Assembly (NCBI GenBank): GCA_002269645.1
Contig: NIVC01001834.1
Span: forward strand, 124,001 to 188,000
Direction of reading: 5' to 3'
Origin: Macrostomum lignano
Taxonomy: Eukaryota
Length of the DNA: 64,000 bases
Below, in pieces: positions 38,624 through 48,739 of this stretch (the stretch's first letter is position 1; every line of letters starts with the position of its first letter). Under the pieces are notes generated by a model. It searched no databases and was not told where the DNA came from. It saw nothing but the letters and a program-made list of their open reading frames with translations. Both the position numbers and the translations under genes were made by a program.

Positions 38624-39175
38624 TTATGATTTGCAGAGAGCTTCATTTAGTGCTGGCTTCGAAAAAACATACTTGGAATTATTGATTCGTAAATTAATCT
38701 TCCTTATAGCGTTAATCGATATTGTCACTGTCGCTGTCACTTCATTCCTTGAGGAGCAGTCCATAACAAGTTGCCCTTCAGGAGTCCCTTCAAGAGTCCC
38801 TTCAGGAGTCCCTTCAGGAGTCCCTTCAGGAGTCCCTTCAGGACTTCCGGCTCTCTCATTGTTGGTCGCCTGGCCAGCTGCTGGCTGGGCTTCAGCATGG
38901 CCACTGGTTGGCTGATATTCAGTGGAGCTATGAGGTCTAAAAGAATTGCTGTTCTGTTGGAAACAAGACTCATCTTCATGAGGAGGTTGTCCGGGCGAAC
39001 ATCGGGTACTACATGTAGATGTGGCTTTCCGAAGCCAATTCCACATAGTCATACGATTTCTTAAGTTATTTCTCATTCCCAGTCGCGAGCATAAAAACGA
39101 GAAAATAGGATCTCGATTTCGGTAATCTTTAGGAATGGAGTGCGCCTTCCTTGCCCGAGAGACGGCATCGTCGAT
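38624..39175 (-). CDS. Orphan cargo gene of the foldback element, exon 2
   Basis: Acceptor ttgacttacttcccAG|ATC, phase 0, 552 nt open to the stop: IDDAVSRARKAHSIPKDYRNRDPIFSFLCSRLGMRNNLRNRMTMWNWLRK...(PEGT)n...LCKS*. Confidence 0.55.
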   Translation of the reverse strand: MDDAVSRARKAHSIPKDYRNRDPIFSFLCSRLGMRNNLRNRMTMWNWLRKATSTCSTRCSPGQPPHEDESCFQQNSNSFRPHSSTEYQPTSGHAEAQPAAGQATNNERAGSPEGTPEGTPEGTPEGTLEGTPEGQLVMDCSSRNEVTATVTISINAIRKINLRINNSKYVFSKPALNEALCKS

Positions 39176-39248
39176 CTGGGAAGTAAGTCAACAGTAGTAA
39201 GCCATAATTTAGCACTCCAAATTACATTGCAAAACCTACATGTACATA

Positions 39249-39901
39249 CAAGGACCACTGTAGAAAAAGGACTCGACACTCACAAACCACGTAAAAATTT
39301 TTGAAGGCTGATTTTCAGTTTGATGCTGCCTCTTCAGATACAGACATTAAGATGATTTTTTGACTACATTAGCAGCTGAATTTTTAAAGAACATTGGCCA
39401 TTGGCTGACCTTACCACCCAGTTTAGTGATGCTTGCCACTTACAAAGATTTTTGTACTGTCCTCTGATAGTGCAGTGATACGGCTAATGCTTTTTGTATA
39501 TTGTATCAGTTTGCATCTCTGCAGCTCACTTCTGCCGGCTGATTTCTTCTGTGATACATTGTGATGAGAGGTTCTCAGTAAGCAATTATGGCAATTAATT
39601 TATGGCAATTATGGCATATTGCACGAGGTGTCTCGTACTTGAAAATCTTGAAAGTCTAGTGCTTGTAGCCATTTATTGAAAAAAAATTAATAGAAAAAAT
39701 TACATGTATGCATGTAATTACGTGCACAACATGCATCAAAAATGAGCAGAGCAATAAGCATGAATAAAGCACAAATTTATGTGGTTGCACAAAAATGGCG
39801 CACTGGTAGTCAGACACGAAGCCTGTGGAAAATCAGCCTTCAAAAATTTTTCCGTAGTTTGTGAGTGCCGAGTCCTTCTTCTCGCACTACAGTGGTCCTT
39901 G
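39249..39901. mobile_element. MITE of about 650 bp inside the cargo-gene intron
   Basis: TIR CAAGGACCACTGTAG / CTACAGTGGTCCTTG, extending imperfectly for about 70 bp (AAAAATTTTTGAAGGCTGATTTTC inverted). TSD not resolved. Confidence 0.75.
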
Positions 39902-39955
39902 CCTATATAGCCATTCGTAGACGTCAGTCTCTCACAAAGCCAAAAAAATGCTTAC

Positions 39956-40027
39956 TTCTTCCTTGGTAGGGAAACTCATTGAGATGGTGACCAGGAACAA
40001 AGCCAAAATGCATATTGACAACCTCAT
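39956..40027 (-). CDS. Orphan cargo gene, exon 1
   Basis: MRLSICILALFLVTISMSFPTKEE|GTAAGC, phase 0, in frame with exon 2. Confidence 0.5.
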
Positions 40028-41649
40028 GCCGAAAAAAAACTGTCAGATGAATTAAGTACCAAAATATGCTAGTGCTTATTGTACTCTTGCCAATATAAGA
40101 TAGAGATATTGTAGTCAGCAGAGACAATTCATCCATATTGTCAAAATGAGCTTGTTAGTGAGAAAGATTATATACCAAAACAGGGTGCAGGCATATTCTG
40201 TGTTAGGCCTCTTGCGTAATGTACATGGCAAAATGACAACGAATGTACATAAAGAAAAACTGCCTCCTGTACAGTGTTAATATTGCTGATAGATCTGCCT
40301 AAAGTAAAGTGCTTCAGATCGGTAGAAGGCAAATACAAGTATAACGTACATTCCATGCCGGTGTCCAAATGCAAGTTAGATATGAGCATGCCTTCAGGCA
40401 ACCGTTGCTAGGGAATATCTCAGCTTGTGAAGCATCTTTGTGTGTGTCTGAGGTGTCTTTTTAAAGCAGAGACATGCGTAAAACAGCTGTGCAAATTTCA
40501 TGCAGAAAGATCAAAGTGGGACGATGTAGCGGCTTCTCAAAAAACTACTATATACAGTATTCGGTATATTGGGAAACGTCGTAACAACAGTTGCTAGGGA
40601 ATATCTCAGCTTGTGAAGCGTCTTTGTGTGTGTCTGAGGTGTCTTTTTAAAGCAGAGACATGCGTAAAACAGCTGTGCAAATTTCATGCAGAAAGATCAA
40701 AGTGGGACGATGTAGCAGCTTCTCAAGAAACTACTATATACAGTATTCGGTATATTGGGAAACGTCGTAACAACAGTTGCTAAGGAATATATCAGCTTGT
40801 GAAGCGTCTTTGTGTGTGTCTGAGGTGTCTTTTTAAAGCAGAGACATGCGTAAAAGTTTCTATAAATTCACAGTATCTTGCGTAATAAATAGACAATTTT
40901 GTTAAACATTTAATGAACGATTTCTGAATGTCTGTCTGAATCACAGATACTATAAACACTAGATAGGCCACTCCAGCTAATTTTCACAACACGACAGTTT
41001 ACTCTACTTTCTGCTTAGTAGTAGTAAAAACATTTTAGCGTTATTTATATTTTTTAAAAATAAAAAAACAGATGAATGCAATGCAGCAATTGTATTGATT
41101 TTTTTGCAAAAAGAAACTTATAATTATACTTTCCACAATTCAAAGCAACATTGTGAATGCTTTAGATTGCATAGAAGGCTATATTATTGCAGTCAACTAT
41201 TGTATATTTAGCAAATACGAGCTATATCATATACTCCATAATCCATATTCGTGTAGCAAAATAGAAAGATTTCTCATCTTAATCAGCTCATCTGTTTGTG
41301 AAACTCGCAGCGTGCTGTTGAAGAACAGGGTCGCCAGTCGCCCTTGTTCAGAGGCAGCATTCAGAACGGCCCAACAGATGAAAAAAAACTGGCGAATGCG
41401 CCACTTCAAGGTCCAGGGATGTATCCGATGGAGAGCCAATCCTCAGTGGTTTCGTAACAGGCAGCCGATAAGCAGCAGGACTTTTGTGGTGCAGCTGCAA
41501 TGAGCTGCTGATGAGATGACATCCTTTGACCAGAGCACCCCTGACTGCGAGCGCCCTGCCGCCCAGTCGACCGCTGGAAGCTGCGCTAGCCACGCCTCCA
41601 CAGTCCATGGATGCACGACTGCGCTGCACTTGCCTTGACCATCGAATGT

Positions 41650-42030
41650 TGCCGCTGCAGCCGCTTGATTTGCCTGTCGCTTTCGGGATTGCCGCTGCAG
41701 CCGCTTGATTTGCCTGTCGTTTTCGGGATTGCCGCTGCAGCCGCTTGATTTGCCTGTCGCTTTCGGGATTGCCGCTGCAGCCGCTTGATTTGCCTGTCGT
41801 TTTCGGGATTGCCGCTGCAGCCGCTTGATTTGCCTGTCGCTTTCGGGATTGCCGCTGCAGCCGCTTGATTTGCCTGTCGTTTTCGGGATTGCCGCTGCAG
41901 CCGCTTGATTTGCCTGTCGCTTTCGGGATTGCCGCTGCAGCCGCTTGATTTGCCTGTCGCTTTCGGGATTGCCGCTGCAGCCGCTTGATTCGCCTGTCAC
42001 TTTCGGCCTCGGGATCGTTGCTGCAGCCGC
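41650..42030. repeat. 40-bp minisatellite GCCGCTGCAGCCGCTTGATTTGCCTGTCGCTTTCGGGATT inside the P-like element
   Basis: Period of 40 (41651, 41691, ...). Confidence 0.95.
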
Positions 42031-42299
42031 TTGATCGTTGCCTCTAGCGCTTGGAACCCGCGAATCGGCTGCAGAGGTGAGAGCTTTCAGCCGCAACAGC
42101 TGTTCTCGGCGCAGAATCTGGTAGCCGAAGGTTGCTCTGCCACAGCACTGGCAGCAGGCAAGTCGCAGGCTCGGCTGCAGATAGATTGCTAATTGGCCCC
42201 AGCACTGGAGGGTACATGTCGTCTGCCTCTTCATCGTTTATCAGTCCTTTGCACAGAGGGTAGCTGGTCTATTTGAACGAGCCGAGGCAGCATCAACTC

Positions 42300-42591
42300 T
42301 TGGTGTGGGATTGCGTCCCAGCGAAAACAGATGTCTTGCACATCCGTGGCACTTTGTAAGGCAGCAGTAGGCCTCGTCCATAAAGTGCAAGCTGAACACA
42401 CGGAGGCCCCGTGATTTAATTGTTTATAAAGGTCAATATCCACGCTCCTGCAGTAGCTGCTGCCAGCGCTTCGCCAGTGTCATCTTTTGGTAATTTATGC
42501 ATTCGCAACGGATTTTTCTTTCTCGGATGTTAATAGCACTAGTACAAAGCTCGTGCAAGTGGGAGCACAGCAGTGGTTCGAATCAAAACAT
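42300..42591 (-). pseudogene. Frameshifted THAP zinc-finger remnant
   Basis: Across frames: SNHCCAPTC / RMHKLPKD / LAKRWQQLL / ASVCS-LHFMDEAY / WDAIP, matching the C2CH, FP-like, W and AVP-box hallmarks of THAP. Confidence 0.75.
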
Positions 42592-44203
42592 TTCTCGAGT
42601 ACAAGATTAGATAGAAAAGCTAGTATGCACTCGAACTTTCTTTAACTCTGACTCTTGTCCTGTTCATCTATATAAGCTTGTATTTAAGCACGATTCGCCA
42701 CCCCCAAATTTTCTAACCCACAACCTCTCAACCCCCACCCCTAACCCAGGCTAGCTATGTGCAGTCCTTTATTTTCTATCCCACCACCAGTGGGCCTAAA
42801 TTATCGATCCACTCACCCTGCCTTATACGAAACTGATATTAACCCTATTCCAGACTACCCCCCTTCCTCCACTTTGAAAGATAGCGGCATTGCACACTGT
42901 CTGTCGCGTCTTAATGTACACCATTACTGCACAAAACAAGTTAGTTGTTTATGGCGTTAGCAAAACGATGTCTTAAAAACAGTCACTCGATTTGTCTAAT
43001 TTAGCAAATAATACTGTTGCTTCCTTTCATTGCTACTAAGCAGAAAGTAGAATAAAAAACTTGCCCAGAAAATTAGCCTGAGTGGCCTATCTAGTGTTTA
43101 TAGTATCTGTGGTCTGAATGTCTGTCGGGAAACCAATACATCTTATCAAAACAGAACGAAAAGTGCTGTGATTGTCAAGTGCTAACTAAAATCTTGAGGT
43201 AAAATTTGGCGACTCAAAGAGTAGCCTTTGATGTCCTGACCTGACCTTAAGAATAATAATATTTCGAAAGTTCATTCCAGCAAGGCTTGGTCGTAGTTCA
43301 TAAGGACAAATCAGGGACAATCGGACTAGAGCTTTTCGATACGTATAGCCTGGGCTGTAGTAGTAGACTTTAGTAGGCCCTAAGGCCGTCGTAAGTAGGG
43401 TGATCGATCCTTCATACCCCAATTCATGAATGCTTGCTGAATTTTGCCTGCCAAACTTTGCTTGCAGGAATTTTGCTTTCCAAAGTTCGCAACCTTGGGA
43501 ATCACTCAGCCATTTCTATTGGCAACACATACATGTAAGTTGCTATTGGCTGAGAGTAGTCAAGTGACTATTATTCTGTCCAATAGCAACTTACATGTGT
43601 GTGTTGTCAAAAGAAACAGCCAGGTGAATCCCTAGGTTGCACCCAAAGCTATGTTCTCCATGTGTTCTGAGGGAGGGGGCACTGGCTATAAATTCTGTAT
43701 TGTTAGCTATATTGCTATCAATCTATCCTTGGACTTTGCCTCTCAATTTATAGACTAACAAATTACTTAAAATATTTATTAAATTTATACCTCAAAAAAA
43801 TTGTTTTTATTCACTTCTAATCTACTCATTTTCTGTTCAAAATAAACTTGACAATGTATAGTATCATGAAAAACACATTGTTTACTTGAAAAAATGTTGA
43901 TTTTTGCTACATTCTATATTGTATAGACATGGACACCATGTCTAAATGTTCTAATGTTATATGCATGCATTGCATAGCACCTGGCTATGTCTATAAGTAT
44001 GGACCTAGTCACTATTAGAGATGTGGCTATTATTTCTTATAAGTTTTTAGATGATAGATACAGTTACTATGTCTCAAAAGACACAGCATAGCACAACTAA
44101 ATATTTGTGCAAATTTTATAAAGCTCAATATGGTATTAGGTCCTATAGTACTGTATATCTTTATTTTTTACATTTTGTGTTTGTGCTATTCTATATTGCT
44201 ATA

Positions 44204-44805
44204 CATACATGCGCAACAGTCGGCCGATCCGGCCGACCGATTTGGCGGCCAATCAAGGAAGTCGCAAAAATGCCCACCCAAAAAATAACCTAAAGAGTAG
44301 TACTAAGTAGCTGACGAGGCATTTTAGCTTAATAAAACATATAGTTATAGTTACTCTTACTCCTGCCGTTTACCCAAAGTTGCGTTAATTTTGCTTTCGG
44401 GTTTTTTTATATGTAAGTCGCATTTTTGGCCAAAAACTACGTCGCATTTTTGTTAAAACTAAGTCGCACGGCTGACCGAATTTTGGAGGTTGCACATGTA
44501 TGTTGCTATACATACATGTGCAACAGTTAGCCGAGTCGGCCGATCCGGCTGACCGATTTGGTGGCCAACCAAGGAAGTCGCAAAAATGCCCACCCGAAAA
44601 AACCCAAGTAGTAGTACTAAGTAGCTGATGAGACATTTTTGCCTTATAAGACAGTCATAGTTACTCCTGCCGTTTACCCAAATTGCGTTAATTTTGCTTT
44701 AGGGTTTTTTTACATGTAAGTTGCATTTTTGGCCAAAAACTATGTCACATTTTTGTTAAAACTAAGTCGCATGGCCGACTGAATTTCGGAGGTTGCGCAT
44801 GTATG
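44204..44805 (+). mobile_element. Head-to-tail dimer of a ~297-bp MITE (44204-44502 and 44511-44805)
   Basis: TIR CATACATGCGCAAC / GTTGCGCATGTATG; the 8-bp TTGCTATA occurs before, between and after the two copies. Confidence 0.9.
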
Positions 44806-45597
44806 TTGCTATAGCATTAGCATATTGCTATAGCAAATTGAAATGCATAACAAAAATATATCATAGAATGGTCAAGCATATTATCTATTTAGATTCTAGA
44901 TTAGGTTTTCTACATTTACTCTATTAGAAAAGTATATTAACTAACCTTTTCAACCTTATAATACTTGATACAAGGCCCCATTTCCAAGTCTTATATAAAT
45001 GTCAAAAAAAATTCTAGTATACAATGGATGTAAAAAAAGGATTGGCATAAAATATTTGGTAAACAGAACAATTTGCTAGAAAATTATGCCATATAGCCAA
45101 TATATAGCATAGTTGGCATACAAAAACCAAAGTTTTGTAATGCAAAAAAGGTCCTAGTGTTCAATGCAATAAAGGTTGGTATAAGTTTGATGAATACATC
45201 ACGAGTAAATTTTTTTATATAAACTTGAAATTATAATAAAGGGAATCATTTTTAGCATACAGAGTATGGATACAGGGCAAGGTTAAACATTACAACATTC
45301 ATAATGTTTGTTCCTTATTTCCTTTTTGAGCTTGTTTTAAAACAAGTTGTTCTTTTTTTCCATAGGCCTAAGCCTAAGTGTAAAATTATAAAAAAATCAT
45401 CTTTTTGTTTTTGTCTTAAGCATTTGTTATTACAGTGCTTTTTTACATATAAAAACATATATTGTATAATAGAAAAGCAGAACTATGTTTTATATATTGA
45501 TGTCCATTATATTTTTGCTTTTATAATATGCTTGCTATAATGAATTTGTGTTTTATATTGACTTCAGTTCATAGATAGAGTAGCCCACCTATCCATT

Positions 45598-45883
45598 CAT
45601 ACATGCGCAACCTCCAAAATTTGGTCAGCTATGTGACTTAGTTTTAACAAAAAATGTGATAGTTTTTGGCCAAAATGTGACTTACATCTTACATGTAAAA
45701 GAAACCCCAAAGCAAAATTAATGCAACTTTGGGTAAATGACAGGAGTAACTATGACTATCTTATTAAGGCAAAATGCCTCATTATCTACTTAGTACTACT
45801 TGGGTATTTATTTGGGTGGGCATTTTTGTGACTTATTTTGGTTGGCTAGATTGGCTGACTTGGCCAACTGTTGTGCATGTATG
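45598..45883 (-). mobile_element. Third, inverted and more decayed copy of the same MITE
   Basis: Same TIRs; own 8-bp TSD TATCCATT (45590-45597 / 45884-45891). Confidence 0.88.
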
Positions 45884-46836
45884 TATCCATTTGTTTGCTT
45901 TGTTATATTAATAAATTGTTTTTTGCAATCAATGTTGACAAAATCAACATGCTGCCATAAGTATTGCATTATGTATATAAAAGTTATATATATACACACT
46001 TATGCAAATACAAGTCAATTCATTATCAGTTTAGCTATGCACTTCAACTTTAATGCTAGACTCTAGAAGGTCTCTAAATGATCCCCTTCAAAGTTGGCAC
46101 ACTGATTTTGGCTTATAAATTCATGCCAATTTTTTGGTAAACAAGTTAAAGAAAATTAATGTAAATACATTGTTTCTATAAAACAAAGGAAAATTAATAT
46201 ACTTTAGAAAGTTGAAAATAAACTTTTAGCTTTTTTACAATTAATATTTAATAAAATGATTGCTAAAAACTTTTATAATTTTTTTTTGTTTAAAGTAAAT
46301 TAATGAAAATAATTATAATATTTAAAAAAGATTTTTCTTACAAAAACCATTCTTGAAAAACTCAACTTATAAAAACCAAATAACTTTTTAGGAGAAATTA
46401 GGAGTTGGCTTAGGAGTTGCTTGATTTATTGAGATTTTCCATTTTTGCATACATTGGCACATTTAGCTAAGATAGGATTCTTGTTCCAGTGTATACTATT
46501 TACACAATGTGGACCCTGGCTTCACTGTGCTTTTCTACTTTATGATCAGTTGCCATTTTCTGATGCGTTGGTACACAACTTTAGACATATGATACTATAC
46601 TTGTGGCACAAAGTTATGTTAAAATTTTGTCAACATTGGTGGTTTTGAATGACAAAAGTTATTAATGCTATGAATCAGGTGTATCATATGGGCCACTCTG
46701 TCTATTAGAGATATTGGCCATTTGTATATGCTTTAATATTAGAACATAGTTATCGTCAGGAGCATTTATTATAATTGGCTGCAATGTGACTATAAAGTAT
46801 TGTGAGCCACAAAAAAGGGCCGTTTTACACTAGAAT

Positions 46837-47346
46837 ATGCTATATTGTGCAAAATTGCTGGACACCACCCAGTCAGGCTCCCGAAGCCATCGCCACCCGA
46901 GGCATCACCGCCATCACCGCGGCAAACTGCCCGAGCCGTCCGCCCACCAGCAACAGACGCGCCAGACCTATCAGTGTCTGTATTGTAAAAACGATTTCAA
47001 ACGTTCGGGCAGCGCCGCGGACGTGAAATGCGCCAAATGCCAGCAGCAGGAACGGCAGCACGGCGAGCCGCGCCATTGTCCAACCTGTCGGCTAAAAATG
47101 CTATGGAAAGGCGACGAATGCGTTCGCTGTTTTCACTATAGGGGCAAGTTTGGCCAGCCAGTTGTGTGCCAGATGTGCCAGCAGAAGTGCGCCTTTGTTA
47201 AAGACGCGCAGAGTCGGTCAAAGGTTGACAATCAGACACTGTGCTGGCTATGCACCTATTCTTATAAGAAGCGGCGTAGGCGACTTGAGAAAGATGACGC
47301 CAGGGTGGAGTCGCAGGAGGATATTGACTACCTGTTGGAAAAGAAG
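46837..47346 (+). CDS. FAM76: FAM76 family protein, exon 1
   Basis: CLYCKNDF..KCAKC..GEPRHCPTC..CVRC..KFGQPVVCQMCQQKCAF..SKVDNQTLCWLCTYSYKK matches the FAM76A/B Cys-rich region; donor AAG|GTGAGG. The exact start is less certain. Confidence 0.88.
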
Positions 47347-47409
47347 GTGAGGCCCTGAATTCTGGCATTCTGACTTGCTCTTTTATTGAATTTTTCTTTT
47401 CCTTAACTT

Positions 47410-47650
47410 GCTCTCCCATTTATCCTACTGTTGCTATCCCATTTATCCCACTGAATATCCCATTCATCCTACTGTTGCTATCCCCATTTATCCCACTGTT
47501 GCTATCCCATTTATCCGATTGTTGCTATCCCATTTATCCTACTGTTGCTATCTCATTAATTCAACTAAATATCCCATTTATCTCACTGGCTATCCCAATT
47601 ATCCCATTGTTGCTATTCATTGTTGCTATCCCATTTATCCCACTAGTGCT
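47410..47650. repeat. Degenerate ~23-bp intronic minisatellite CCCATTTATCCTACTGTTGCTAT
   Basis: Seen directly. Confidence 0.8.
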
Positions 47651-47776
47651 ACTGCTAAATAATACTACTATTATGCTACTTACTAAAGAAATATTACTAT
47701 TAGTACCTAAATATTCTTGCTGGTATTCTATCTAATCCAATCAAATTGCGTCATCCCATTTATCCCTAAATCCCAG

Positions 47777-48604
47777 GTGAGCGCGCCGAGAACCTCACTC
47801 CAGCAACAACAGCAGCAGCAGCAATTTCCTCAGCCGACCCCGCCGCCCCCTCAACTTCTGTCGCCCGCCACAGCGACAAGCGGATCTGCGGCCACTCCAA
47901 TGTCGGCTACCGCCGCCGCCGCTGCCGCAGCCGCAGCGGCCAAAGCGGCAGCCACGGCCGCCCTGATTGGCCAGCAGCCCGAGCAGCAGCAGCAGCTCCA
48001 GGAGGAGGCCAGGCGGCTTCGCCGACTACTTGGCGAGCGCGACTCGCAGCTGGCCGAACGCGACCGGCAGATCATGGAGCTTCGAGCCGACCTCCGGCGG
48101 CGCACCGAGGAGCTCAGCCGAAGCATGGAGCAGCAGCAGAGAGCCGCTCAGGCCGAGGCTGATCAGCTGCGCGCGCAGATTGTTGACCTGCGAAAGCAGA
48201 CAGTCCGCCTGGAGAAGGCCGCCGCCACGGCTAAACGGAAGCGGAAAGCGCCAGCTGTGTCGGCCGCTTCGACAGCCAATTCAACTGTTGGCTCCAGCGC
48301 GGCTGCCGCCTCTGTCGCCGCTGCTGACGACGACGGAGTCGGCGACGTAGACGAAGACGCCACCACGGCGAGCCTGTTCAATCCGAGTCACGTGCTCCGC
48401 CGGGTGTCCTCTCGGCCAGACATGATGGCCAATGCCGACAGCGCCTCGGGGCCGCCTCCTGCTAAACTCGCCGCTCTGTCTGTTGCTGAAGGCGCATCAT
48501 CATCCGCCGCCGCCGCCGCTGCCACCGACGAGGACTCGAAGGAGCCGGCTGAGATTGGCACCGCTAAGGCCAGCGCAGATAGTGGTTCGAGCGATTCAAA
48601 CTAA
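47777..48604 (+). CDS. FAM76: FAM76 family protein, exon 2 (poly-Q/A tract, coiled coil, low-complexity tail)
   Basis: tcccAG|GTG, phase 0. QLQEEARRLRRLLGERDSQLAERDRQIMELRAD matches the FAM76 C-terminal coiled coil. Confidence 0.85.
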   Translation: MSAPRTSLQQQQQQQQFPQPTPPPPQLLSPATATSGSAATPMSATAAAAAAAAAAKAAATAALIGQQPEQQQQLQEEARRLRRLLGERDSQLAERDRQIMELRADLRRRTEELSRSMEQQQRAAQAEADQLRAQIVDLRKQTVRLEKAAATAKRKRKAPAVSAASTANSTVGSSAAAASVAAADDDGVGDVDEDATTASLFNPSHVLRRVSSRPDMMANADSASGPPPAKLAALSVAEGASSSAAAAAATDEDSKEPAEIGTAKASADSGSSDSN

Positions 48605-48739
48605 CTTCTGTGTGTTCTGTTTGGTTTGGTTTTAATGTTGTTAGATGATGAAGCTTTGACTGTATTGTTGACTGATGGATTCGTTGTGGTTAATAATAAT
48701 TCGGTAGGTTAGTGATTGGTTGATTTAATTGTGGCGGAT

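Larger units (their letters stand above)
40942..43111 (-). mobile_element. Non-autonomous P-superfamily-like element (2170 bp) nested in the foldback right TIR
   Basis: Perfect 32-bp TIR CACAGATACTATAAACACTAGATAGGCCACTC, 8-bp TSD GTCTGAAT (40934-40941 / 43112-43119), CA..TG ends and a THAP remnant. Confidence 0.88.
37574..43141. mobile_element. Foldback/MULE-like element with long modular TIRs
   Basis: TSD CTTATCAAA at 37565-37573 and 43142-43150 (or 11 bp TCTTATCAAAA with TG..CA ends). The left arm 37574-~38425 is inverted in the right arm 40404-40941 + 43120-43141. Confidence 0.85.

Noticed and set aside
41443-42234. 263-aa ORF inside the P-like element
   Set aside because: Its 40-aa periodicity simply reflects three 40-bp units; no recognisable domain.
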